A stretch of DNA of 64,000 bases from Dendrobates tinctorius (lineage: Eukaryota). A model generated the notes under the pieces. It searched no databases. It saw only the letters and a list, made by a program, of their open reading frames with translations, and was not told where the DNA came from. The position numbers and the translations under genes are program-made. The number at the start of each line of letters is the position of its first letter. Within the stretch, counting starts at the first letter, position 1. This document shows, piece after piece, positions 36,201-48,200 of the stretch. The stretch lies in NCBI RefSeq assembly GCF_039654945.1, contig NW_027361974.1, forward strand, positions 1,302,001 to 1,366,000, written 5' to 3'.

Positions 36201-39200
36201 ACCTATCCAAAACGAGAAACACAACTTGGGGTATGTTCACATGCAGCAGAGCTCAGCCGGAAAAATGCAAGGTTTAAGGAAAAACAAAACCCAAAATGTG
36301 AGGGTGTGGACTCACTATGTAGTGTCGCAGGTTCTTCCTCTCGTGCACCTTGAAGGCGCTGCGGAAGGACGCGACGCTCTTGTCGAACTTCTCCACGTTC
36401 TTCCCCAAGAATTCCTTCACGTCGTCTAGGTTCTTTAAAGTGCAAGAGGCGGACGGGGCGGATACGTCGTCTAAAAGACAGGAGTGAGACACGCAGGGGG
36501 GGATACGCAGGGGTCAGAGGCAGCCAGGACTCCTGCAGGGGGCGCTGCCCTCGTACCTGGGTTCTCGTCCTTCTCGATAGGTCGGGAGATGCACAAGATG
36601 CTGAAGCTTTCTTCCTTCTCGTTGTAGAACGTCTCCTCAAACAGAACGGACACGGAGAGCGAATATCCGAAACCGCCTCCGAGCTTAACCAGATTCCCCT
36701 GAATGAAAACCTCCTGGAACAGATAAAGGAGCAGATACAACCCACCATGCTTTACACTGCAGCTCTGCTTCTTCACGTGTTGCAAAGAGCAGGCGGCCAA
36801 GCTCCAATAAAGGCATTTTATCTAACATACTCACCCGGCCATTCTCAGTCAGAAACCCCCCATCATTGGGTTTGAGGACATAGGAGTCCAGGGCACAGGT
36901 GGAGAACAAGCTGCTCGTCAGACTTCCTTTACACGGTACCAGGACCTTTATAAGGAGGAGACAGAAGAAGATATGGAATAACATAGGTACGCAGGAGGCG
37001 CCGGTATAATATGGGTACGCAGGAGGCGCCGGTATAATATGGGTACGCAGGAGGCGCCGGTATAATATGGGTACGCAGGAGGCACCGGTATAATATGGGT
37101 ACGCAGGAGGCACCGGTATAATATGGGTACGCAGGAGGCACCGGTATAATATGGGTACGCAGGAGGCACCGGTATAATACGCCTTGTCCTACATTACACC
37201 AGTCTAGCAGGACAATCGTCAGCTCTCGGAATTGGCCCTCGGCAGCTGTTCATCCTACACTGCTCAAAAAAAAAAATAAAGGGAACACTTAAACAACAGA
37301 ATATAACTCCAAGTAAATCAAACTTCTGTGAAATCAAACTGTCCACTTAGGAAGCAACACTGATTGACAATCAATTTCTCATGCTGTTGTGCAAATGGAA
37401 TAGACAACAGATGGAAATTATTGGCAATCATCAAGACACACTCAAAGGAGTGGTTCTGCAGGTGGGGACCACAGAACACATCTCAGTACCAATGCTTCTG
37501 GCTGATGTTTTGGTCGTTTTTGAATGTTGGTTGTGCTTTCATACTCGTGGTAGCATGAAACGGACTCTACAACCCACACAAGTGGCTCAGGTAGTGCAGC
37601 TCATCCAGGATGGCACATCAATGCGAGCTGTGGCAAGAAGGTTTGCTGTGTCTGTCAGCGTAGTGTCCAGAGGCTGGAGGCACTACCAGGAGACAAGCCA
37701 GTAGACGTGGAGGGGGCCGTAGGAGGGCAACAACCCAGCAGCAGGAACACTATCTCAGCCTTTGTGCAAGGAGGTACAGGAGGAGCACTGCCAGAGCCCT
37801 GCAAAATGACCTCCAGCAGGCTACAAATATGCATGTGTCTGCACAAACAGTTAGAAACTGACTCCATGAGGATGGTCTGAGGGCCCGACGTCCACAGATG
37901 GGGGTTGTGCTCACAGCCCAACACTCTGTGGCCCTCCAAAGAAATGCCACCCCACACCATTACTGACCCACTGCCAGACTGGTCATGCTGAAGGATTTTG
38001 CAGGCAGCAGATCGCTCTCCACGGCATCTCCAGACTCTGTCACATGTGCTTAGTGTGAACCTGCTTTCATCTGTGAAGAGCACAGGGAGCCAGTGGTGAA
38101 TTTGCCAATCCTGGTGTTCTGTGACAAATGCCAAGCGTCCTGCACGGTGTTGGGCTGTGGGCACAACTCCCATCTGTGGACGTCAGGCCCTCAGACCATC
38201 CTCATGGAGTCGGTTTCTAACCGTTTGTGCAGACACATGCACATTTGTGGCCTGCTGGAGGTCATTTTGCAGGGCTCTGACAGTTGCTGCTCCTGATCCT
38301 CCTTGCACAAAGGCTGAAGTAGCGGTCCTGCTGCTGGTTTGTTGCCCTCCTACAGCCCCTCCACGTCTCCTGGTGTACTGGCCTGTCTCCTGGTAGCGCC
38401 TCCAGCCTCTGGACACAACGCTGACAGACACAGCAAACCTTCTTGCCACAGCTCGCATTGATGTGCCATCCTGGATGAGCTGCACTACCTGAGCCACTTG
38501 TGTGGGTTCTAGAGTCCGTCTCATGCTACCACGAGTGTGAAAGCACAACCAACATTCAAAAGTGACCAAAACATCAGCCAGAAAGCATTGGTACTGAGAG
38601 GTGGTCTGTGGTCCCCACCTGCAGAACCACTCCTTTATTGAGGGGGGTCTTGATAATTGCCAATAATTTCCATCTGTTGTCTATTCCATTTGCACAACAG
38701 CATGTGAAATTGATTGTCAGTCAGTGTTGCTTCCTAAGTGGATAGTATGATTGCACAGAAGTTTGGTTTACGTGGAGTTATATTCTGTTGTTTAAGTGTT
38801 CCCGTTATTTTTATGAGCAGTGTATAATGACCCCAGAATGGAGCAGATGTCACGCCGTGTTTGAAGCCTCTGGTGGGATAATAAGATACACGGAAAAGCC
38901 AAGAAATTGCGAATGAATAGCGACATCGGTCACATGACCTCGGGACTGAGCTATGGGCACAAGATGGAGACGGTTCAGGCGGATACACAAGCTGGTGTAA
39001 ACCTTCTGCTACAGATCATCAGACGCTGGATCTAGGAATTCTCTACAGTTATCAGGAGGAGCGAAGACGCGAGAAGCCATGATCACTGTCTGCAGGGAGA
39101 ACAGAGGCGGCCTCAGGCTGGGGTCATCATCTGCACCACACAACGGTCACAGGACGAACCACAAGACCAGACTGGTTTTGCCCCCGTCACTGCACGGCCT

Positions 39201-42200
39201 CTGGGGGGAAAGGAAGGAGGGAGACAACCTCTACGGGAAAGTCACAGGGATCTACAAGAGATTACTGTTCAAAAAAAGTCAAAATACCAGAAAAAAAAAA
39301 ATATTACATTACTGATCAGTGACTGATCCTGAGTTGCATCCTGTATTATACCCCAGAGCTGCACTCAGTATTCTGCTGGTGCAGTCACTGTATACATACA
39401 TTACTGATCCTGAGTTACCTCCTGTATTATACCCCAGAGCTGCACTCAGTATTCTGCTGGTGCAGTCATTGTGTACATACATTACTGATCCTGAGTTACA
39501 TTCTGTATTATACTCCAGAGCTGCACTCACTATTCTGCTGGTGCAGTCACTGTGTACATACATTACATTACTGATCCTGAGTTACATCCTGTATTATACC
39601 CCAGAGCTGCACTCACTGTTCTGACGAATGTACTACATTTGAGGTCTGCTGACTAATTATTCTATTCCTTTCTTGCACTAATTGTAGAAATGTTATTATT
39701 ACCAGGATGTCATTGTTCAGTGTCACACGGCTCATCCAGCTCTGCAGTAAACTGAGGCAGTGGGGAGGGTGGGGGGGGTAGTTAATGAACAAGCACATTG
39801 CCAGTAATTAACATTGTAGGTGGTAAAGAGGGGCAGGAGGTGAAAGTGACTAAGTATAAAGGTCAGAGGAGAAGTCAGTGATCGCCTCACTGCACCCAGT
39901 GTGTACAGGAATCATAATGTAAATGATGTGGGCGAGTGTGCAGGAGGCAGGACTACACCCACCGCGGGAGGAAGACTGGCGGCAAATCTACTGGAGCGAG
40001 AATTTCGCTTCCACGTCTTATTTAAAAAATAAAGAATGTGCGCAGACAATAGCAAATGTTAGAGTAAGGCTGTGTTCACACGTAGCTTTTTTTTTTGTGT
40101 GTTTTCGCGGCGGTTTTTAGCGCACGATTTTGCCGCGAAACATGGATTTTTGTGAGTACTCACCGTAAAATTCTTTTCTCCGAGACGCTCATTGGGGGAC
40201 ACAGGTACTGTGGGGTGTATGCTACCGCCATCTGGAGGCTGACACTAGGCAAACAACACAAGGTTAGCTCCTCCCCCGCCCTGAATGCGGGCGGAAACCA
40301 GTTTAGTGCAAAAGCAGTAGGAGAACAATAACAATCAGCCTTAATGCAGAAAAACAAATGTGTCTGGCAAAGGACCACCCTGACATTCACAAAAGAACAT
40401 ATAATAATTAGATATACGAGAGCCAAAAGTGGCTATCAGGGTGGGTGCTGTGTCCCCCAATGAGCGTCTCGGAGAAAAGGATTTTACGGAGAGTACTCAC
40501 AAAAATCCATGTTTGTCCTTCGTCTCATTGGGGGACACAGGTACTGTGGGATGTCATAAAGCATTCCCTGGGTGGGAGATTGACTCACCAATCCAAGCTG
40601 CATGCACCTCTTCGTTCAAAGGTGCGCCACTGCTGCTTGGAGAATCCTTCTACCCAGGCTCGCATCCGCCGAAGCCGGAGTATGGATATTGTAATGTTTA
40701 GTAAATGTGTGCAGGCTGGACCAGGTCGCTGCCTTGCATACCTGTTCCGCCAAGGCCTGATGCCGAAGCGCCCATTGCCCGAGTAGAGTGCGCTTTGATC
40801 CCTGATGGAACTGGCGCACCACTGATGTGATAGGCCTCCTGAAAAGTTAAACGGATCGATCTGGCTATGGTCGCTTTTGAGGCCGGGAGTCCCCTTCTGC
40901 GCCCCTCAGAAAGCACGAACAGCGTATCAGTCTGGCGAAAAGGTGCCGTCCGCGACACATACCTCCTGAGTGCTCTCACCAGGTCTAAGGTGTGAAGAGC
41001 TTTCTCCACGCGATGCACCGTTGCCAGACAGAACGAAGGCAAGACAATATCCTCATTGATGTGGAAGGAGGACACCACCTTCGGAAGAAAGGGGGGAGCT
41101 GGTCTAAGCACCACCTGATCCTTGTGGAAAACGAGAAAAGGTGCTCGGCAAGATAGGGCCGCCATCTCCGAAATTCGCCTAACGGAAGTGATGGCTACCA
41201 AAAATACCACCTTCCAAGAGAGGAACAAGGAAAATATCCTGCAGCGGCTCAAAAGGCGCTTCCTGCAGAACGCTCAGCACCAGGTTGAGATCCCAGGTGC
41301 CCATCGGCACCTTATAGTGGGGTACTAGATGAGACACTCCCTGGATGAAGGTCTTTACCTGCATATTAGTAGCAATCTTTCGCTGGAACAGGACGGACAG
41401 CGCCGATATCTGTCTCCTAAGGGAGCTCGGGGCCAGCCCCGAGTCTAGGCCTGATTGAAGAAAGGCCAAGATGTTGGGAATAGAGAATGTCAGGGGCGAA
41501 TGCCCCCGCTCTCGACACCAAGTGAAGAAAATTTCCCAGATGTGATGGTAAATTGTCGCTGAGGTCGGTTTCCTAGCGCTAACCATTGTGGCGACCACCT
41601 CACGCCCAAAATCTGCTTGAGTTAGAATCCAAGATTCAACGGCCATGCCGTCAAACACAGGGCCCCCGAGTTTGGGTGGAAGATCGGTCCCTGGTGCAGT
41701 AGATCTGGGCGCTCTGGTAGTCGCCATGGGACGCCGGTGAGCAGCCGCACAAGATATGCGTACCATGCCCGTCGGGGCCAGTCTGGTGCCAGCAGAATTG
41801 CTGGGACCCCCTCTGCTTTGATCTTCCTGACGACCCTCGGAAGCAATGGGAGAAACAGGTATGGAAGGCGAAACTGGTTCCATGGTAAGACCAACGCATC
41901 CACCCTGAACGCTCGTGGGTGTCATGACCGAGCGATGAACACAGGCACCTTGGCGTTCATTCAGGACGCCATCAGGTCCACATCCGGTGTTCCCCACCGT
42001 TGGCAAATTTGCTGTAAGACCTCGTGGTGCAGGGACCATTCCCCAGCCACGACGTCTTGTCGGCTGAGGAAGTCCGCCGCCCAATTTTCTACGCCTGGGA
42101 TGTAGACTGCCGAAATTATCGACTGGTTCTTCTCGGCCCAATGAAGCACATGTGCTATCTCGCGCATGGTTGCCCTGCTGCGCGTGCCCCCCCTGATGAT

Positions 42201-45200
42201 TTACGTAAGCCACAGCCGTGGCATTGTCTGACTGTATCCGAATGGGCCGTCCTGCTAGGAGGTACTGGAAATGCTGCAGCGCCTGCCAGATCGCTCGTAT
42301 TTCCAACAAGTTTATCGGAAGACGGGCTTCCTGTTGCGACCACTGGCCTTGTGCCGTGTGGTGGCGAAAGACTGCTCCCCAGCCGAGGAGACTGGCATCG
42401 GTCGTGACCACTAGCCAGTGGTCTGGGGGAAACGACTACCCCTGAAGAAGGGAGGATCTGGTCGTCCACCACTCCAGCGATTGTCAGACCTGAGAGGATA
42501 GCCGGCACCGCTGATTGAGGGTGAACGGATTCTTCAGGCTGACAAGAGAGCGTGCTGTAGGGGTCAAAGATGAAATTGAGCAAACGGAATTGCTTCCATT
42601 GCTGCCACCATTTTCCCCAGTATCCTCATCCCAAACCGAATGGTGTGAGGGACCGGCTGCTGGAGCTTCAGGACTCCCTGTCGAAGCGCTAGGGCCTTGT
42701 TTTGAGGGAGACTTATCAACCCTTGGGAGGTGTCGAAGACCATTCCTAGAGAAACAATCCGCCGAGCTGGGACCAGCGACGATTTCTTCCTGTTGACCAA
42801 CCAACCTAAGAGGGAGAGTGTATCCAGTGTAATGCTGACATTCTCCTTGCACGCCCGAAACGAGGGACCCTTCACCAAGAGGTCGTCTAAATATGGCAAG
42901 ACGACTATGCCCCGCGAGTGTAAGACTGCCATCAAGACTGCCATTACCTTCGTGAACACTCTGGGGGCGGTGGCTATCCCGAATGGGAGTGCTGCGAATT
43001 GAAAATGTCGCCCATTGATGGCGAACCGAAGAAACTTTTGATGCGGAGGAAAAATGTGAACGTGCAGGTAGGCATCCTGAATGTCGATCGAGGCTAAGTA
43101 CTCTCCCTGCTCCATGGCTGATATAACAGAACGGAGAGATTCCATCCTGAAATGTTTGACTCTGATGAACCTGTTTAGGAGCTTCAGGTCCAAAACTGGT
43201 CTGACTGTCCCGTCTTTTTTGGGGACCGCGAACAGATTGGAATAAAAACCTTGAGCTTTTTCGTGCTCTGGTACGGGAACAATAACTCAGTTGTCTTGGA
43301 GTGAATCGATGGCCCCTAGCAGTGCTTTCGCCCGAGACTCCACTTTGGGAAGTCGGGAGAGAAAAAACCGTGTTGGAGAGTACCTGATGAACTCTATCAT
43401 GTACCCTGAAGTCACCAGTTCTACCACCCATAAGTCGTGTGTTACCTCGGCCCAGATATGACAAAAAAAAAAGAGTAGGCAGCCCCCCCACCCTGCTGCT
43501 GTCACCTACCAAAGGCTCCGAGTCATTTGGCTGAGGGTCTCTGGGTCCTGGCTCCTCTCGACCTGGTCTGGCGAGCACGTATCCTTCCCACCGGAATGGG
43601 TCTGTATGAGACCTGTCGCTCCCTATCCTGGTTGAAGCGAGGTGGGCCGGTCGAACTGGCTGCTGCCATCCATCCGGTGTTGCGAAAAGCTCGAAACCAT
43701 GTCAGGACCTGACGAAAAGGCTGTTTCGCCTTTTGCTGCGGGAGGAAGCCACTTTTCCCTCCTGTCGCATCGGAGATGAGCCTATCCAACTTCTCCCCAA
43801 ACAGGCGGCCTTCCCTGATAGGGCAAGGAAGTCAAGGACTTCTTGGAAATTGAATCGGCTCGCCAAGTTCTCAACCAGAGGGCTCTCCTAATGGCTATGG
43901 CGTTAGCGGCCGCAAATGCTGCACAATTAGCCACATCCAAAGACGCGTTAATTAAGTAGTCTCCAGCCATAGCAATCTGACTTGCGACCTCAGACACCTC
44001 CGCAGGTAGTCCTCTATCCTGCAAGACGTTATTCAAAGACACTGACCATGACATCATGGCCTTGGCTACCCACGTCGCCGCGAACGAAGGGGCGAGCGCC
44101 GAACCTGATGCCTCAAAAACTGATCGCGCCAAACCCTCTATGAGCCGATCCGTGGGGTCCTTAATGGACGAGCCGCTAGGCACCGACAACAAGGATTTCG
44201 AGGCCAGGCGTGACACTGGCGGGTCCACCACTGGAGATTCTGCCCATTTCTTACAGAGTTCCGGGGCAAATGGGTATCTTGCCTCTATAAGCTTCTGACC
44301 CGAGAAGCACTTGTCTGGGCGTTCTCTGTGGCGCTGCACTATATCCTCAAATTCTGGGTGAGTGCCAAACACTCTACGCGGGTTTGGCCCGCTTAAAGGC
44401 TACCTTATGGCTCGCGGCCAAGGTAGCATCATCCTCAATCCCCAGGGTTTGATTGACAGCTTCAATGAGGCTGTCCACTGTCTCCCGACATCCCGGGGTA
44501 TCTAGATCAAGTGGCTCGTCAGAGTCACGATCCAAACTCTGCCAGCTCCCACTCGCTGGTGAAAGGGAGCGTGATGCTGGACTCCCCGATGCCGAGGCAC
44601 CGGATAAGCCGGGAGACCTCGTATGGGTTCGTTTCCTTCACCTCTGTCTGGCATGGGAACGGCCCCTGCAGGCCAAAGGTTCCTGTGAGGTGGAGGACCC
44701 GTCCCAGATAAACGAGCCACTATCCCTGCCTCCCTTTGGGGCGTGAAGGGACTCGATCGCCTTTGTAAGCAAAGCCATAGACTGGGACAACGATAGCGCC
44801 CTTTCCGTAGGATTCGGCTCTCTGGATTCAGCCGAGGGAGGCTCCTGGGGGCATTCGCAGTCGCAGGCCTCGCACACTTTGGTGCTCTTCGCTCGTGGAA
44901 ACGGGGCCTTACAAGAAGTTCATGCAGCGTAGAGAAAAGTGTGCGTCTTCCCTTTTCNNNNNNNNNNNNNNNNNNNNNNNNNNNNNNNNNNNNNNNNNNN
45001 NNNNNNNNNNNNNNNNNNNNNNNNNNNNNNNNNNNNNNNNNNNNNNNNNNNNNNNNNNNNNNNNNNNNNNNNNNNNNNNNNNNNNNNNNNNNNNNNNNNN
45101 NNNNNNNNNNNNNNNNNNNNNNNNTTTTTCCCCCCCTCTCCTCAGTGTGAGGGGAGGGGGAGGGGGAGGGAGGCCCCCTTTGCTGTTTTAGCGGCCTCCG

Positions 45201-48200
45201 CAGCCTGCACTTACCCAGCCTGTGTCCCCCGACTGCGTGCCCGGCCTTCTGTGCCTCCGTGAGGTAAACCGACCTCTTTCCTGGTCGCGGCCTACCCCGC
45301 ACTGAAGCCAGGGTCTGGATTTATCCGGCGCCCGCCCAGCGGTCCAAGGGGCGGGCCGCCGGAAGAGACGCCTCGCACCGAGGGCGGTACTCCCGCCGCG
45401 GCCTACACCGTCCAAAAGCCGGGAGCTCAATTTTCCCCAACGCCTCAATTATTGTCCACCGCCCGCGGCGCCGCGCGAAGCAGCGGCGGCGATGGTGTGC
45501 CGTGGCCTAAGTGGCCAAAAACTGGGGGCTAAATTTTCCTCCACCGATCACGGCGCCATGCAATGCTGCAGTGGTGACGGTGGCGCCGGCGGTGCCAACA
45601 GCCAGAAAACGCCGCTACTCTCCCTGGATACGAGGAGGCCCTAGGGAGACGCACACCGCTGCAGCCCAGGAGCCCCCCGCACCCGTACTTTAAATGCGCT
45701 GTAACCAGGATACAGGTAGGCCCTTTAGGGCGAACACCAACCAGGGGTGGGGGGTGGTGTGGGGATCCTGGACGGTGCAGGCACCCTAACTCCGTCCAGC
45801 TTTAGCCGAGGAGAGGGACCGTCCGCCTCCTTGCAGCACCTTCGTCTTGCGTTGGTGGAGCAGTGGGGGCCGCGTGAACGTCTTGTGCCTCTGAATAGCC
45901 CATGGTTTCCTACCTAGGGGTGGTCAGGGCTAGGTCCGGCATCATGTCCCACGTCGCGGGAAAGGATACGTGGAGACGACACTCGCATGTGATCGCCCAT
46001 TGATGGTTTGGGGAAATCGGACCCTTTCAATAGGATCCGTTGCCCCTGTCTCATCTTCATGGGAAAAAAAAAAAAAAAAAAAAAAAAGAAGAAGTCTTGA
46101 GAAAAAAGACCAGACGTGTGCCTCCATAGACAATAAGCAAAAAACTGGTTTCCGCCAGCATTCAGGACGAGGGTGTATACGGCGGGGGAGGAGCTAACCC
46201 TGTGTTCTTTGCCTAGTGTCAGCCTCCAGATGGCGGTAGCATACATCCCATAGTACCTGTGTCCCCCAATGAGACGAAGGAGAAAACGCAAAAAAAAAAA
46301 AGCATCCCATGCAATCCTATGGCATTCCGCACATGTTGTGCTAATGCTGCAGATTTTTCCGCGGCAAAATAGGCAGCATGCTCATTCTTTGTGTGGAATT
46401 GCGGGAATTCCGCCCACATATCAATGCATTGTTCTGCTTAGGGTGAGTGCACATGCTGCGGATTTTTCCGTGCAGATTTGTCAAAATCCGCAGGTAAATT
46501 TCAGGTCAAAAGACATGCGGTCTACCTGCGGATTAGCCTGCGCTTTGACACCTGTACAATGGAGCAGGTGGGAAACCTCTGCGGATTCCGCACCAAGAAT
46601 TGACATGCTGCAGATCTGAAACCGCAGAAAAATCCACAGCATGTGCACAGCGGTTTTTGAAACTGCTGCGGATCCACAGGGCCAAATCCGCAGCGTGTGC
46701 ACATACCCTCACTTTCTGCATATGGCTATGCCTACCATGCGCAAAGTAAGCGGAAAAAATGCGGATAGTAGCCAGGGTCTGGAGGAGAGGAGATTCTCCT
46801 CCAGGCTGTGGGTACCATAACCCTGTAAAAATAATTAAAATAAAAAAATTGTGATAATCTCACCTTCCGGCGTCCCCCTCAGCGTTACCAATCCTCGCGA
46901 TGCTCCCGGCAAGTCCTGCTCCCAGAGATAAGTTGGACAATGACCTTTGATGACGTCGCGGTCTCGACATCGCGAGGATCGGAGACGCTGCGCGGGACGC
47001 CGGAAGATGAGAATAACACCATCTTTTATTTTTTTTATTATTTGTAACATTAGGTCTTTTTACTACTGATGCCGCATAGGCAGCCTCAATAGTAAAAAGT
47101 TGGTCACACACGTCAAACACTATGTTAAGTGTGACCAACCTGTCAATCAGTTTTCCAAGCGATGCTACAGATCACTTGGAAAACGCTAGTTAAAAAGCGG
47201 GAATTACACATGTGGAATTCTAGTGTCTTTCCCGCGGCAGGGAGTTGCGGAATTCCTGCGGAAATTTCCGCGGAAATTCCACGATGTGTGCATGTAGCCT
47301 AATACTTGGAGTACAGAATTTAGCAAACAGTATTTCCACTTTATTGTCATATTCCCTATCAAATATATCTACTATAATACTGCCCCCCATGTACAAGAAT
47401 ATAACTGCTATAATACTGCCCCCTATGTACAAGAATATACCTACTATAATACTGCTCCTATGTACAAGAGTATAACTACTATAATACTGCCCCCTATGTA
47501 CAAGAGTATAACTACTATAATACTGCCCCCTATGTACAAGAGTATAACTACTATAATACTGCTCCCTATGTACAAGAATATTACTATAATACTGCCCCTA
47601 TGTACAAGAATATAACTACTATAATACTGCTCCTATGTACAAGAATATAACTACTATAATACTACTCCTATGTACAAGAATATAACTACTATAATACTGC
47701 CCCTATGTACAAGAATATAACTACTATAATACTGCTCCTATGTACAAGAATATAACTACTATAATACTACTCCTATGTACAAGAATATAACTACTATAAT
47801 ACTGCCCCTATGTACAAGAATATAACTACTATAATACTGCCCCTATGTACAAGAATATAACTACTATAATACTGCTCCTATGTACAAGAATATAACTACT
47901 ATAATACTGCCACCTATGTAGAAGAATATAACTACTATAATACTGCTCCTATGTACAAGAATATAACTACTATAATACTGCTCCTAGGTACAAGAATATA
48001 ACTACTATAATACTGCTCCTATGTACAAGAATATAACTACTATAATACTACTCCTATGTACAAGAATATAACTACTATAATACTGCTCCTAGGTACAAGA
48101 ATATAACTACTATAATACTGCTCTCTTCGTACTAGGATTCTCCTTTTGAGGATCTTTTCGGCCTTTGGATAGATTTTCGTGGTCGCCTTATTTTCAGAGC

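Larger units (their letters stand above)
40138..46286 (-). mobile_element. DIRS1-type retrotransposon (second family), disrupted ORFs, contains an assembly gap
   Basis: ITRs ~40191-40305 / ~46140-46270; ICR ~40448-40550; ORF1 ([19 protein letters not shown]), RT (LPYLDD), RNase H (TTDAS..GWG), MT-like (PDVDLMAS), YR (AHSTRA...[13 protein letters not shown]). Confidence 0.92.
40068..47299. mobile_element. PIF/Harbinger-like non-autonomous element hosting a DIRS and a second MITE
   Basis: TAA-GGCTGTGTTCACAC...GTGTGCATGTAGCC-TAA; host sequence joins across the DIRS. Confidence 0.65.
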
